NCBI GenBank assembly: GCA_030141605.1
Contig: JAQGDQ010000476.1
Coordinates: forward strand, 1 to 64,000
Direction: 5' to 3'
DNA length: 64,000 nt
Source: Tubiluchus corallicola
Taxonomy: Eukaryota > Animalia > Priapulida
The translations under genes were made by a program, and so were the position numbers. The notes under the pieces were generated by a model. The model saw nothing but the letters and a program-made list of their open reading frames with translations. It searched no databases and had not been told where the DNA came from. The stretch's first letter is position 1, and every line of letters starts with the position of its first letter. Shown piece by piece: positions 48,251 to 62,368 of this stretch.

Positions 48251-51200
48251 ATGAAAGAGTATAATCTCGAACAGTTGAAGTACACGGAGCTTCAAAAATT
48301 GGCTAAAAAACGGGGCATTAAAGCCAATTTGAAGGTTTGTTTATTTAACTTTATGTAGGCCCAAGCCAGAGGCTAGTAGTACAAGGAACATATCAAGGTC
48401 TATTGTTTTGTAGCGCATATTATTATCAAAATCACCGAACAATTAGGTATTTCAGAGATACTAAAATGATAAATATCATCAGTATCATGGGTGTTTTTTA
48501 ACGTCCGTGTGCATCACGGTGTGTGAGGAGTAGTACTTCACAGAGAATCAAAACATTAGTCATTACTGATTAATTTTAGCATGAGTGCAAGTTACATTTC
48601 ATGTATTTTTAGTGCTCTCCCTTGCAAGTAACAGTGGTCTTTACATTTCCCACAATGAAAACAATAAGCTAAAATGGTGACATGTCTTGGACATATAGGC
48701 TCATAATCATAATATCAAAACATGGCAAGGTATAGCAGAGTAGTAAAATATTTAATAGTACCAGCTAGGTCATGGTTCAGATCATCAGCTGGTTCCAGAT
48801 TACTTAAAGCTGATCACGTTAGCTATTTTTCCAAATAAACGATTAGATCTGATTTAATTTAAATTTAGTTTTGATATTTTGTTCATGCCTGCGTCTGTGT
48901 GTATGTGTAACTATAACTAACTAACCAAACAAACTGTGTGTATGTGTAACAGGGGTTTTGATAAATTTCAGACTTCAGAACTTATTTCTGCATTGAGTAA
49001 ATGCATTGCAGAAGAAGAAAGCACAAAAACTTTATTTCCTAAAAATGATGCAGAAACGCCTGGTTTGCTTAAAGATGGTACAGGGAAAAAGCCAGGAAAA
49101 GCAACACCGAATTTTGGTGTACTTGTTCTGCAAGAACAAACTTCCTCTCAAGAATCTGTTGAACAAGCTGATGCAAGTGAAAAAATGGGAAAGAAAACTA
49201 GAAAGAAAGCTGTGAGAAAAGGGAAGCGGGCCAAAAATCAGTGCAATAAAACAGTTAACGATCAAACTACATCTGCACTGAATTGGTTGTCCGAGCAAGG
49301 AGATCCCACATGCTTGGCACTTGATAAGGAAGCCATATTGCATACTAAGAAAACTGAACATAGACTTGTTGAAGAGAGCAAGACAGACGTCACGTTTGAA
49401 CGATCATTGAATACTTCAATTTTGAATGCTGATAAGCCGTCGGCAGAGAAGATTACTGATCCAGTGAAAAGCAAAAGCACGGATGACTGCAAAAAAGACC
49501 AAATTAAACTTGAAGTGATAGGGCAGAAAGTGTTGGTTAAGATGGCAAACGAGAATGGAGATGTTACTAAGAAAAATATCCAAAAGGGAAAAGGACGTCA
49601 TGGTCGAAAAATCAAATCCACAAATGAAGGAGAAACTGAAGTAATTACAATATTTAGCAATATTTTTGGTATCCTATTGCTGGATTACATTTTCAGTAAT
49701 ATAACTTTGTTATTCTTGCTAAAGATTGTGTACTGTATAGGAAACAAATTTTTATTTACATAATACACTTGTAAAGTATACAACTCAGGATTACACGTTA
49801 CAGTAATCTGTAAATCACATGATAAATTCAGTCACTAATTATTAAGTTTTACTAGTTTTAGTAACATTTATTGCACACATGGTCATTAATACGTAAATGT
49901 TTGGCTACCAATCTTAAAGCTTTCTAAATGTACTAGTTGTAGGCTACATGAAATATTTGACCTAGAAATGGAATTTTTAGTTTGTTGTTGGATTGAGTTT
50001 GCTTTTTCTCATTTTAGGTCTCTAATGATGATGAAAGGGCCTGTTCATTATCGCAGCAGCACAGCTCTGCATTACACCCTTGTAGAGAATCCAGCTTCAG
50101 CTCAAAATCTGTCAACTCAACAGACACAATTGATTTGTTTCAAAACAAAGAGCATAAACATATGTTTCGGCAACAAAAAAGAAAAATGGCACAAAGGCGT
50201 GTCAGTGCAGCAGAGAAAGCAGCTGCAATGTCTCCCGTATCTGCTGCTCTTGTTCGAGGTGCTTATTTGCAAGAAAATGCAAGTTTCTCAAACAAGTATG
50301 TTACTAATTACTCAATCAGCTTTTTCTCTTATTTTGTATTATTATTTATTTCGTCTTATGCATAAACACGTCAATGGTTGTATAACTTTATTAGTACAAA
50401 AAATATGCAAACTAAAAAGAGCTATCTACTGCTTTTTTATCGTTTAAGCAGAGGAGAATTTGAGGCTTTTGCAAAGACACTGAAGTAAGTAGGCCCAGTC
50501 AGTGAACTTTTGGTATTGACTGCTTGGAATTGGGGAAAAGGTCTGTATTTGTGATGTACTTTAAGGATGAAATGTAGGATTTTATTTGTCATTATGACAA
50601 TAGAATCTGTGGAGAAACTTAAATTAGAATTACGTGTCTATCGCAAATGGACTGATATCAGAATAATAGATGCCACTTCCTTGCAGCTGATGATGAGTTT
50701 ATTTCGTCTTATGCATAAACACGTCAATGGTTGTATAACTTAATTCCATTAGTTTATTCCATTAAGTGTCGATATTAGCGCCGTAACGGTGGTGTGTTCT
50801 TAGTGAAGTGCCTGCTTGTGTAGTTTTTGTAACTTTAGTTACCAATCATTTTCTTAAAGTTCTTAGAAAAATATAATATTATCTAGATATGATGCATATA
50901 TATATAAATTTAACGAAAACAGCAGTACAGGAGCGTGTTCTAACCAAAATTGATGACAAATGAATATAACGCGTAAATTTTTGTGTTGTTTGCTGTGTTT
51001 CATCACGAAACTCAAAATAGCACATTTGGTCATTCAATCATTATCATTTCTATATAGTAGCGGAATTGAATCTGAATTTAAACCAGACACTTTTCTGTCA
51101 AATTTGTTTTCATAAACTTAATAGTGTTTTATGATATCTTTGAAATATAAAATCATAAATTATTAATCATTTATGCTGTGCTTATTTGCAGATCACAGAC

Positions 51201-51396
51201 AGCAGCTTCTTCACCACAAAATTCAACAGTGAAGACTACGTATTTGTCTCCCACTGTTGCTAGCCTCAGTAAGAGAGCCGGACAAAAATCTGCTGCTTTG
51301 TTTTCTCCAGCTTTAAGAAGGAAACGATCTGCATCAGTAGTGGTTTTAGAAAATTCCTTACCTCAGAAGAAGCAAAAGACCATTGCTGAAGTATGA

Positions 51397-51437
<41 letters not shown>

Positions 51438-53122
51438 TCTTCAGATTGTTAATTGCAGTTAAGGATGAATAGGTTGTGTTCTCCCCAGATTGCAGATTTA
51501 TATAGCAGCATTAGAACAGTACACATGTGCAAGATTGTGAAAAACTTGAGCTGTTGGTTCATTCACCCTTTCAGTTACCATGCGTAAGATAATGTTAAGC
51601 TTCTGAGTTCAAGTACACTGAAATTATTGGACCCATCCCAATAATGGAACCCATGTGACCAGTCCTTGTGATTGTTGTCGCAGTTGTAGAACTTTATGAA
51701 CACAATAAAAATCAAACCATAGCTATGGATGCTATTGTGCTCTCTATCTTGTTAAACGTTCTGCATGAATGGGTCTAAGCTACCTATGATGCATGCTTAT
51801 TTGATATTTAATTTAATACAAAGGTGTTGTGTGCCTTAAAATATCCCAATGGTGTGGTTTAATAATTTAAATAGCCACAACAAAGATTGTACTTGTGAAA
51901 TCTTAGCTGAAATGAAATACCTTCATAATAGGTGTACAAGGCTGCAAATTTTTGAGAAGTAGAATTTGTTTCAGTTTTTTAATTCAAGATTCTTTTGACA
52001 TGCCAGAGCTTTTGCAATAACTGTCACTACCATGCAGGAATCATTTTTTAAACTTAATGGCTATTGATCAATTTATATTCGTAGTATGAAATCATTTGCA
52101 AGTGTTTTTTGTCACATTTGTGTCGCTGTGCATTTTTCTCATGCATGTGAGGTGAAACGTCGGCTTTTTTTCAGCAAACAGGAAATGGTAAAAAGGCTGA
52201 GGGTAAAGAATCAAATTCAGGCCATAAAACAAGCCGACGTTCGTCAGAAAGGTTTGTTTGAGGAATATTGTTAATCTCTGTGTAATTTCAAGCTTTGTAT
52301 ATTTAGTGAGGTCCAGAAGGAACTTGTCCGTCTGGTGTCCACAATTAATCTTTCTCTTGTGTTTTTGCGATGAATGATCAGATTGATAGAATCTTTGAAT
52401 GACTTTTCAGTCTCCATCTTAGTTAATTAGTCGAAAGCACCAGACAGAAGGATGGACGCGAATCCTCATTTTAAGAATCCTTTTTAAATGAAGTAAAAAT
52501 TGGTAAGAGGGTGCAGAATAAGAAGGGAAGAGTACTGGACATATAAGGATTTATAACAGAGTCAGTATGTGTGTGAGTGTGACATGTAAATCCACCATAT
52601 TGGAGAGGTATATTGGTATACTGAGGCGCATTTTTTATTTCATATTTTTTTCTGTTTTTTATTCTGGTGTAATAAATAAAACCCGTACACTTCACTTTAC
52701 AATTTTTCTCAGTGATTTAAAATATACAGGTAGTGCTATAGTCCAGTGCACATCATGTCGATTTTTTGCCATCATTTTATATTGTCTTGTTTTATAGAAT
52801 CAGGGCGAAAGTGATTCCTACTGATGCTAATTTGATGGCTGATGCAGAAGCCAAGAAAGAAATTTTGGCTGAGGTGGAGAAGAATATTCAAGAAAAAAGT
52901 AGGTTCACAGTTGTGGTAATGTCCGTATTGATACATTCCGATGTGTAAATTAATAACATTTTGTTTTCTTAAAGTGACGCTGCTAACTTGTTTTTTATAT
53001 ATATTGACAAAACAACTGTGTAGCAGTAGTTTCTCACAGAGAAGTTGAGATGAAGTATGTCACGTTAAACCACTAATTTGAAAAACAGTGAGCTGGTACA
53101 TAGATTTAAATGCCATGCATTA

Positions 53123-53179
<57 letters not shown>

Positions 53180-56100
53180 CCCTCTCTCTCTCTGCATGCG
53201 TAGTATTTAAATCTGTGGCCGTTGCACTCATCATTTAAAACTCCATAGCATTTATTTATAACTCAACTTTAGACAAACTCTTGTACTTTGGTCTTATAAT
53301 GTGTTACTGTACTATACTTTCCAATTCAATCAATGATTTTGTCTTTTCAAATTCGAAAAAGGCTATAACAGTGGTTGCTAATGAAATTAGACAGCGTTAT
53401 TAATATTCCTTTTTCAGAATGCATTTTATATATTCTATTAATAATAACAATTGAATAAAATGGCAGGAAAAATAGCTGAATGGTCACAGTATACACTGAA
53501 CAATGCCAAACATGGTCAGTAACTGCATGTCTGACAGCTGAAAAACTCCAATTTCAACTGTTATATTGTTTCTATTGTCCAAATTATACTTCCATTGAAC
53601 GAGGATATACATGAATATGAACGTGGTTATAGCTTCTTTTGTTATAAAAGAATGGCAATGTTAGTTTGCATGATAATTGGTCAAATCTGATGATTCCGCA
53701 GTTGTCTTCTAGCATCTGCTTTGTATGAGACATTAAACAGCTAGTTTATGAAAACGTATTAAATGCTTCAAATAATAGTATACTGCATATTTAAATGTGT
53801 AGAGCTGCACTTTTGTTTAATAACCTTTTTAATAAGTGACAGTTTGTGTGTTAGCCTTACTGATACCTTCTGTTTTGTTAGGAAAAAATGGAGAACTTCC
53901 TCCGAGTATGGATGTTGCTGCTTCTCATATTCCCAGATTTGTTGCTTTTACTATGGGAAAAAGTACAACACGAAACACGCCAGCAGGTGAGTTTGTTATA
54001 TACTAACAGTTCAACAGTGATAGAATTGAGTTTGTTTTCATTTGAGTTAGAAGTACTAGCTGCAGTCATTTGTAGCAAAACAACAATTTTGTCATGACAT
54101 GCATTTGCGCTTAAGAGAGATGGGCAATATTACCAAAGTGACAATCAATATTTTTCCATCCAGCAATATAAACAATTTCATTATTGAAATAGCAAGTTTC
54201 AATATCTATTACAGGTATATTCAAAACTGTATATACATTATACTAGATATGTACAAGCGTGTATATTTAACAGTCTATTATAGCAGTCTATATCTGAGCA
54301 CCTAAAAAAGTATTTTTAGTCAATTACTTTTTGTAGAGCACTTTCTAATGGTACCATAGTATGCATTAACATGGATATTGAAGGAAAAAACCAACCCTCG
54401 AACAACATTCATTGTAATTTATTACATAATTAAAAATATCGAAATTACAGCACAATATGCGATAATAAAATGCCTTAGTTAAAATGCAAAAGAAATTAAA
54501 TATTTAAATTAAAGATGAACCTCATTGCGCACATATTTGAAAAAAATTATGTAAGCTGCTGGATACTGTGAACGCCATGAAGGTAGTGTGGGAAAATTTC
54601 TTCAGATCACTCAGAAGTTCTGATGTTCTATAGTTGTGATTAACTGTGTCTGTTTAAAATTTTGTCATCAGATCAATTAGCAACAACTTTGAAGTGTTTA
54701 CATAGCTCTAATCCATAGGATTATACCTTAAACTGTGTAAGTACTGTGCATGTACATAATTAATTTCCAGATTTTTGTTGATTTTCAGATAAGTGTGCAA
54801 TTCTGCGAGCATGTAGTAAGTGCCATATGGGTACTTAGTTTATAGAGTTCAGTTTTAGCTTATTAAAATAATTATTCTGTTACTTTTAGGGGTTAATTCC
54901 AGGTTATTATACTACCAACAGTTACTGTTTACATAGTGCACAGCAAGATTCATCAAAAAGCAAAAATTAGTTTTAATAATCTCTAGTTTAATCTTCTTTA
55001 GTTTGGATTGTTCATAATTGATCATTTTTGTTGATTTTCAGATAAGTGTGCAATTCTGCGAGCATGTAGTAAGTGCCATATGGGTACTTAGTTTATAGAG
55101 TTCAGTTTTAGCTTATTAAAATAATTATTCTGTTACTTTTAGGGGTTAATTCCAGGTTATTATACTACCAACAGTTACTGTTTACATGGTGCACAGCAAG
55201 ATTCATTAAAAAGCAAAAATTAGTTTTAATAATCTCTAGTTTAATCTTCTTTAGTTTGGATTGTTCATAATTGATAATTGTAACCGCACGTGCAAAAAAA
55301 ATTGCTCAAGCATCTGGCGGGGTAAGTGTTTATATTGCACAGTAACTGGATGATGCTATTTTTCATTTAAAATGAGTGCGCCCAAACATGAAGTGATTGC
55401 AACTTTAAACTGATTTTAAAAATAATCCTTGGTTTTTATCACAGTTTTATTGCTGAAACTTTCTAAGATTTTCCCCAGATTTTAAAACAAGCTCAATCTC
55501 CCATTAAACGTGGCTTTTCCTTTAATTTATCAACACATTAAGCAGCATTTGCACACAATTGAATATATGGTGTTTATACAAGCATTGTGGCTGTTCTAAT
55601 TAAATTTAAATGCTTAGTTTCATCACCATTTGATTCCTTAAAATTAATTATAAATAAACATCATCTGCAAAGTGCAGATTATTGAATTTGTTTTTGCTAA
55701 TTTTCTAATTTTTTATCAGTAAGACTTGTTTCACAGGTTTGCACATATTCACTAATTACAGTTTACTGTAACTGTAGTTGGTTGAACATCAAGAGTCAAC
55801 GACATGTTAAGCAGACATGTTGGTAAAAACGTGGCACTTCCTTATTCCATAACTGATTCGTGCATCTTTGTGTAGAATTAAAATTTTTGCTACCCCTTTT
55901 TAGGTTCTAAAGATTGGGCAAAGATTCACCAGAAGCAGTTCGACAAAATGGAATCCATTGACGTTTACCTCGCAAAAAAGCGCAAACGCAATGAAGAACT
56001 TACAGCATCTGTGAAACGGGCACAGCAGGTTGCTATGGCAACTAAGCAAGCAATGGATAGACTAACTGAAACTGTTCAGGTGAGGTAATAAGACCCATAC

Positions 56101-59100
56101 ACTTGTTAGTGCCATTGATGTCAAAGTAATTAAAGGGGAAGAAAAAGGAACTTTAAAGTATGTTCCACTTAACTTTCCAAACACATTTTTGTTACTTAGC
56201 ATTTACTGTTTGAAAGATGTATATAACTGGAAAAGAAAGTTTTTACCAATTTATAATGTTTGCAGCAACTGGTGGAAGGTCACTGGCTTGCCAAAAATCA
56301 TATTATTAATCTTATTGATAAGACAAATAATTAATATTTTTGCTTGGTTAGTGAAGTGTGCACTATGAGTATGTGCTGACAATTCTTTGATTATTTTTTC
56401 GGACTTTATGCAATGTTATCTAAGTTTGCTCCAATTTTCTACTTAATGACTGACTGTTAAAAAACACTGCATCTAATTGTCACTGAAGGAGTTTAAAATT
56501 TCAAGTTTTATTCACCGCTGTTGCTAATACAAGCTTCATGTGCAGTAAGATAACATGTAGGGTTTAAAGTTTCAAGAATTTCTTAGCTTTATGCAAGAAT
56601 TCTCTTCTCTAGTCCCTTAAAATAGAATTAGTTTGGTTTAGCTTCAGACTATTAAACTGGGCAACAGGTAAATATTTTACCGTTATGTCTTCACCTCTTT
56701 CCTACACAGAAGCTGCAAGTAAAAATACTTTTAACTTAGAATCTTATGTTGGTACAATTTCCCACATGTTTTATTGTTATTTGCTTAACTATTGTTTTTC
56801 AGAAACCATTTGTGCCAACTGTTACTTCAGTAAAAAAAGTGAACATGAACTTTGCAAGTATAAAATCCCATGCTGCTGCTGCTACTCGTAAGGTAGAAGT
56901 GCTTGTTGCAGAACCATCTAAAAAGCCACCACCATTGCGGAAATCTGTGCGAGGTATGTTTCTGAAATGCCATTTCCTGGTGAGTTACCGAAATTGGCAG
57001 ACTCTAAAGATTTAACAAATTTATGAAAATACTTTAAGCTCTAATTTAATAACAAGAAAACAGATTAATTTGCAATTGTTCAAGCCCACGAAAGTTAATT
57101 TGGAATTTGTTGAATTGGCACAATTTAATTTGGGCCTGTCTTGGTCATTAGGGTATTTAGGGTCTCTAGACTCTATTCAGCTTGTAATCCAAAAGTAATT
57201 ATATTCCTGTTTTGAGTCTCGTTTGAGACTGTTCACAATTGTTTCCTTTAGGTCAGATTTTGTTTAAAAAACTTATATGAATCATTATATGAATAAATGA
57301 CATTCTTGTAAAACTGCAATCTCCACAATATTAATTTCGGTGGGGTGTATATATATATATATAAATAAGATTCAAGGTTCTAGCTCCAACAAAGGCACCA
57401 TTTGCGGCGATTTATATATCAAATGAATGAAAGGCCTCGATCTAGTGTCGTCTCCTTGGGGGTTTATTTTTCAAATCGGGCCCACCGGGACAAACAGAGG
57501 GCAAGAATCTCCAAAAATGGCCATTATTTGGCTGTTTTTTGCAAAACTTATACCTCTTTTCTTGGAAAATGGGGATGGGCCAGGGGTAGTGCTGATAATG
57601 GTTGCATAGCCCGTTCAACAGTGGGTGTAGTAGCCATATTTATAATTCGCGGGAGAGCCATAGTATCTTGTAACGGGCGTTTTTCCCGGACACAACTCCC
57701 GATTTTTTCAAAATTTTGGCCAAACAGCCTGTAGAAAAACGTTCTAGCGGTGTCTGGCGGGATTCTCGGAAGGAGATATTATGCTCTTTGGAAAGAGGAG
57801 GAATAGGGCTACATGACGTGTGGGTTACATTTTAGGATGTCCCCACCAAGAGGACTGGCGACGAGTTGAATAGGGGCTCCATTTTGCACGATTCTCACTT
57901 AGAAGCCACCGTGATGTTTTCATTGCTTTTACATCATTCCATTGTAATCTGTCTATAACTTTATAACTTTGGTGTAGGTGAGTGTGTGTGTGGTATAGTG
58001 TGATGGGTGTGACTTGCATGGGTCGTATGGTGTGGTGTTATGGTGTGGGTGATGTGGTGAGGGTGGCGTCGGTGTTGTGGTGAGGATGATGTGGTGTGGT
58101 GTAGAGTTGTGTGTTGATGTATTGTTGTCGGTGTGTTGTATTGTAGCTGATGTTGGTGGAGTGCTGTGGGTGATGTGGTGGGTGTGGTGTCGTGTGACGG
58201 GTGAGGTGATGTGGTGGTTTGTTATTGTGGGGTTTGGCTATTTATAAATCAAAAAGTGATGAGAACGACTTTTCAGTCCAAGAGCACTTCGTTATCAAAA
58301 TGCCATTATACTAGAGAGTTAACGGCATTGTACTGTTTTCTTACGTAAACTATTTCTGGCATATTAGCAAAAAGCTGTCACAATCCACAAGTTTCGTAAA
58401 AAGGTAAATGACCAGAGAGTAGAGAATGTGTTCCTCTCATTCTTCTCTGCAGTAACTCGAGTTTTTCTCTCAGTATTTGTCGTCAGTTATTTAAAGCAAA
58501 ATCGGACCCAATGTTAAACTGTAGGTCAAAACAATCTACTCTTTAAAATATGGAAAGGAAACGCTATTTTTTTAAAGAATGACTTACGTAAAACAATTAT
58601 TGCCACACAAATGCAATTTCGCGTTTGCGCCACTAGTTCTTCGCTGTTACATGCATTTCACCATTCGGTAGTTAGACGGGCACTAACGCCTGCATTTCGG
58701 AAAGCGTTGTACAAAAAACATGATCTGCACCTCTCAGTTCAGATGTGTTAGTTTGTACAGCGGTAAATTTGAATTTTTATCTTAAAACTTGCCGAATTTT
58801 AGTACAACACACTAAATATCTTACAATAGCACTGTACTTCAATTCTCACTTTTGCAAACACTCGCAACATGCTCGTGGAATATTTTTGCTGTTGAAAATT
58901 ATGTTTGTTAGTGATGTCATCACTAGTTGGGCTCGCCTGCCATTAATTAAGATTTAAATCAGTTAGTTAATTATCAGAAATGCTTTTATAGTATTATTGA
59001 TGTTAAAATGTATGCTTTTTACTGTGCTTGAAAATGGGGTAGTATATGAAAAAGCATCCTGTCTTCCTTTAACATTACTATAATTGGTATGCATCGTTTA

Positions 59101-61623
59101 AATTTCCACTAGGTGATGCACAAATTGTAAAGGATTTCAAAGCTCCGACTCCTCAGAAAAAGTTTGACCTGCAGGAGAGTCTCCGGCGCACGCTACCATA
59201 CAAACCATACGTTGGTAAATTGAAACCGTTGTCATCAGCAGAAAATCGACAGATTGCGCGCTCTCATATGCATCCAACAAACACTCATCAGCAACGTGGT
59301 GGAGTGAACTCAATTAGGTAATTGCTTTTCGTTCAGTGCTGCCATCTTTAGCGCAAAAAGATATGCATATACTAAAGAAGTATGAGCCATCTTTAGTGCA
59401 AAAAGATATGCATATAGTAAAGAAGTTCAAGTCAAACTATTAGTTGAGGGAGCTGAAGATATTGGATTAGAAATGTCGTCAATGCTGCCATTTTGAATTT
59501 AATATAGCAACTCGAAAATCCTACTCAGTCTGTTGATGCAGGATTTGTTCTAGTTTATTCTTATAATTTCATGAAGACCAATTGCGAGTTGGCAGAGCCA
59601 AAGGCTTTTTTCGAAAAAAATATGAAATCGTTGTTATCTTAAAACATTGCAGATCAAAAACCTGTTTCCACCAATCAATGCATAATTCGTTGTAGGATCA
59701 CCCTATAGAGTTTCGTGACGATTTGTTGCAAATTGCGATTTTTTCTGAAAATGACATTTTTGTTACCATCTTGAATTAAAATGGCTGGTCGAAAATCTGT
59801 CTCCGTCAATTAATGCGGAATTTGTTCTTATATACGTGTGCTTGCATAGGAAAATAATCTATGAGTCGACAATTAAGCTTTTCTAGTTATTCACATATCC
59901 TGAATCTCCATTAATTTTCATGAGGATTATTCTGACACCAAGCTCATCGCTCTGTTATTTCTATTTTTGTCACGTTTTTGCAAAGCACTTAGCAACCGTA
60001 GCTACGGACTTCGCAAGAACTTATTGAAGTTGTTTAAGCCCAGTAGATGGCTCTTCGAGACGAAGATCTGGGCTTAGCAGCAGAAAAAACCCCCCAAGCA
60101 AAATGAGCTTCCAGGAGCTACTACCGGAGCTTGAAAATACAATTTCTTTAATAATACGCGTAGTAATAATTTATTGAATATTTTTAATGCATTTTACATG
60201 GTGATCAAATGCATCTTACAAATAAAAGATCATCAAAATTACTAAAAAAAACTTAATTCATACGATATTTAAGACAATGGCAGATTGATTGATTTAAAAG
60301 TACATTGAATATGACAAAAATGGAAAAATAATAAAAGCACGAAAAATTTAGTAAAATAATAAAAGCAATGCCATAAAAGATACAAGATTAGTTCAACCAC
60401 AGAAGGCTTCATTAAAATAGTAAGTTTTCAGACTTTTTAAAATTATCAATTGACTTGATCAGGCGTAACTGTAGGCGCAACGAATTCCACAATTTTGGGG
60501 CAGCAGAAGTGAATAATTTATCACCGCATGTGACTAGTCTTTACAATTGTAGTATTAGTTTCTAGCCAGAGAAATGAGTGCGGAGCTATAAAATGAAATT
60601 TTTGGTATTTTTTGAATAATTTTTTGATAATTTGATGCTAGAATATAAAAGTCCAATATGTTTAGTGTTTGTTTTTCTAAAAAAATTGACATTTGACCAA
60701 ATTTTTGGAGCATTCTACTTGGAAGCATCACAAATGTAGTGATAACTATGCCGACTTATGGATGTTATTGGTTTGCAAGCACACATATACCAGGTATCTG
60801 TAAATTTTTTTGACGATTCATTGCGATTTGACGGAGCCTTGGGCTTTTTTTTGAAAATGACGTAATCACCTCCATTTGAAAACCCGATTCTTGTTAATCG
60901 ATGCAGAATTTGTTTCAGTTCTAGTGTAGGACCTAGCATTTCAAATATGCTACATATCTTTTTGGAAAAGAACATTAGGAAGGTTATTCGCTGATTTTTG
61001 ACAAATTATTTCATTACTTAGGCACTTAAAGACAAGAAAACAGTAGCATTCTGGGTAAACTGTTGGAATTCCTTGCCAAGTGTCATTATAATTAATTTTG
61101 TGTTTTGCTAAAATGTTAAACAGAAGTTAGCGATTACTGATTAAATGAAAATTTTGAAAAATAAGGGCAGCTGTTTTCTCTGGGATCAAGAGAATAGCTG
61201 AATGGTCATAATGAGTGTCTGATGTAAAAAGTTAGGTATTGCCAAACTTGGCTAGGTAATCATCACTAAAATTGCTTATGGGCTCTCACTGGTAGAGGTG
61301 ATGTATGCATATTCAGTATAATCATGACACCTTTGCAGTTCATTGTTCTGATTTTTGAGGACTATTCTTGATAATAAGCTATATTCCGGTATAGCCACAA
61401 CCTTCAAGAGTGGTTATGACTATGTCGTTGTGTGACGTAAACTGGCTGCCAGCATGCTAAAATAATTATAAAGATCAGCCATGAAGGTTTTAGTCATTTG
61501 TTTAATACTGCACAATGGTTTAAAAATTTCTATTACAGGGAAAGCGGACGGCAAAATTTGCAGCAAAAGAGAAGCACTAAGCGTACTGAACTGCAGATGC
61601 AACGACGCCAAATCACCACATGA
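48251..61623 (+). CDS. NUSAP1: Nucleolar and spindle-associated protein 1-like, 11 exons, ~709 aa
   Basis: Exons: 48251-48334, 48972-49640, 50018-50295, 51192-51390, 52175-52251, 52798-52898, 53882-53986, 55904-56079, 56803-56953, 59113-59317, 61539-61623. Phases are consistent and the total is 2130 nt. Motifs: SAP-like LKYTELQKLAKKRGIKANLK, DWAKIHQKQFDKMESIDVYL.KKRKR and KFDLQESLRRTLPYKPYVGKLKP. Confidence 0.88.
50345..50741 (+). repeat. 44-bp perfect direct repeat (50345-50388, 50698-50741) flanking a 309-bp segment
   Basis: TTTATTTCGTCTTATGCATAAACACGTCAATGGTTGTATAACTT occurs twice. Confidence 0.85.
53128..53192 (+). repeat. (CT)n microsatellite
   Basis: Directly visible. Confidence 0.95.
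54771..55275 (+). repeat. Near-perfect 253-bp tandem duplication in NUSAP1 intron 7
   Basis: Units start ATTTTTGTTGATTTTCAGATAAG at 54771 and 55024; only a few substitutions are seen. Confidence 0.9.
57400..57822 (+). repeat. Interspersed repeat family, copy 2 (see 23150-23565)
   Basis: Colinear shared blocks with the copy in CRNKL1 intron 7. Confidence 0.7.
57975..58240 (+). repeat. GT-rich low-complexity (GTGGT/GTGTT) tract
   Basis: Directly visible. Confidence 0.8.
60400..60700 (-). mobile_element. Degraded L2/CR1-group LINE 3' end
   Basis: The reverse strand reads CGDKLFTSAAPKLWNSLRLQLRLIKSIDNFKK, followed by a frameshifted LKTYYF. Confidence 0.6.
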
Positions 61624-61773
61624 ATCACTGTACTGTGGCATCTGTAAATATCTGCATTTATTATCTTGGGTTTTACGCTTTTTAGTGAATTAGTTAGGAC
61701 GATGCATCTGTAATGTCTATCATGACAGTAAAGTATGTTTTACAATTTGTAACCTTACTACAGATGGCCAACG

Positions 61774-62234
61774 AACAGAAAGTTAGAACCTATTCCAAAC
61801 TACGACATTTCTTTCCTAGATATATAATTAATTATTACACTGTACTATTTTTTTTAAATCGAATGTCATTTCATAAATTTTTAGAAGTTAAACATTACTG
61901 TGTGCAATTCATAGTATGTAGTGAGCAAGATTATACTAAAGTCACATTCATGTCAAGATAAAATCCAGTGTTGTAGTACCCACTAGCTGTGGTTTTGTTT
62001 TTCAACAGAAAGTTAGAACCTATTCCAAACTACGACATTTCCTTCCTAGATATATAATTAATTATTACACTGTACTATTTTTTTTAAATCGAATGTCATT
62101 TCATAAATTTTTAGAAGTTAAACATTACTATGTGCAATTCATAGTATGTAGTGAGCAAGATTATACTAAAGTCACATTCATGTCAAGATAAAATCCAGTG
62201 TTGTAGTACCCACTAGCTGTGGTTTTGTTTTTCA
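61774..62234 (+). repeat. Near-perfect ~230-bp tandem duplication in the NUSAP1 3' region
   Basis: Units start AACAGAAAGTTAGAACCTATTCC at 61774 and 62004. Confidence 0.9.
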
Positions 62235-62368
62235 CATTTTTATGTTAGAGGTAGTTGTTTTGCATAACTATTATGCAATAAATTCTTATCTTTATATTAC
62301 CATATTCTAATTATTGTATAAGTGGTGCAACTGTTTTGCATAGATACTTTGTTTACACCTTAATTGCA

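Noticed and set aside
52086-52274. EMVKRLRVKNQ reading frame for NUSAP1 exon 5
   Set aside because: Its phase is incompatible with the next exon; the 52175 acceptor (QTGNGKK frame) keeps the frame open.
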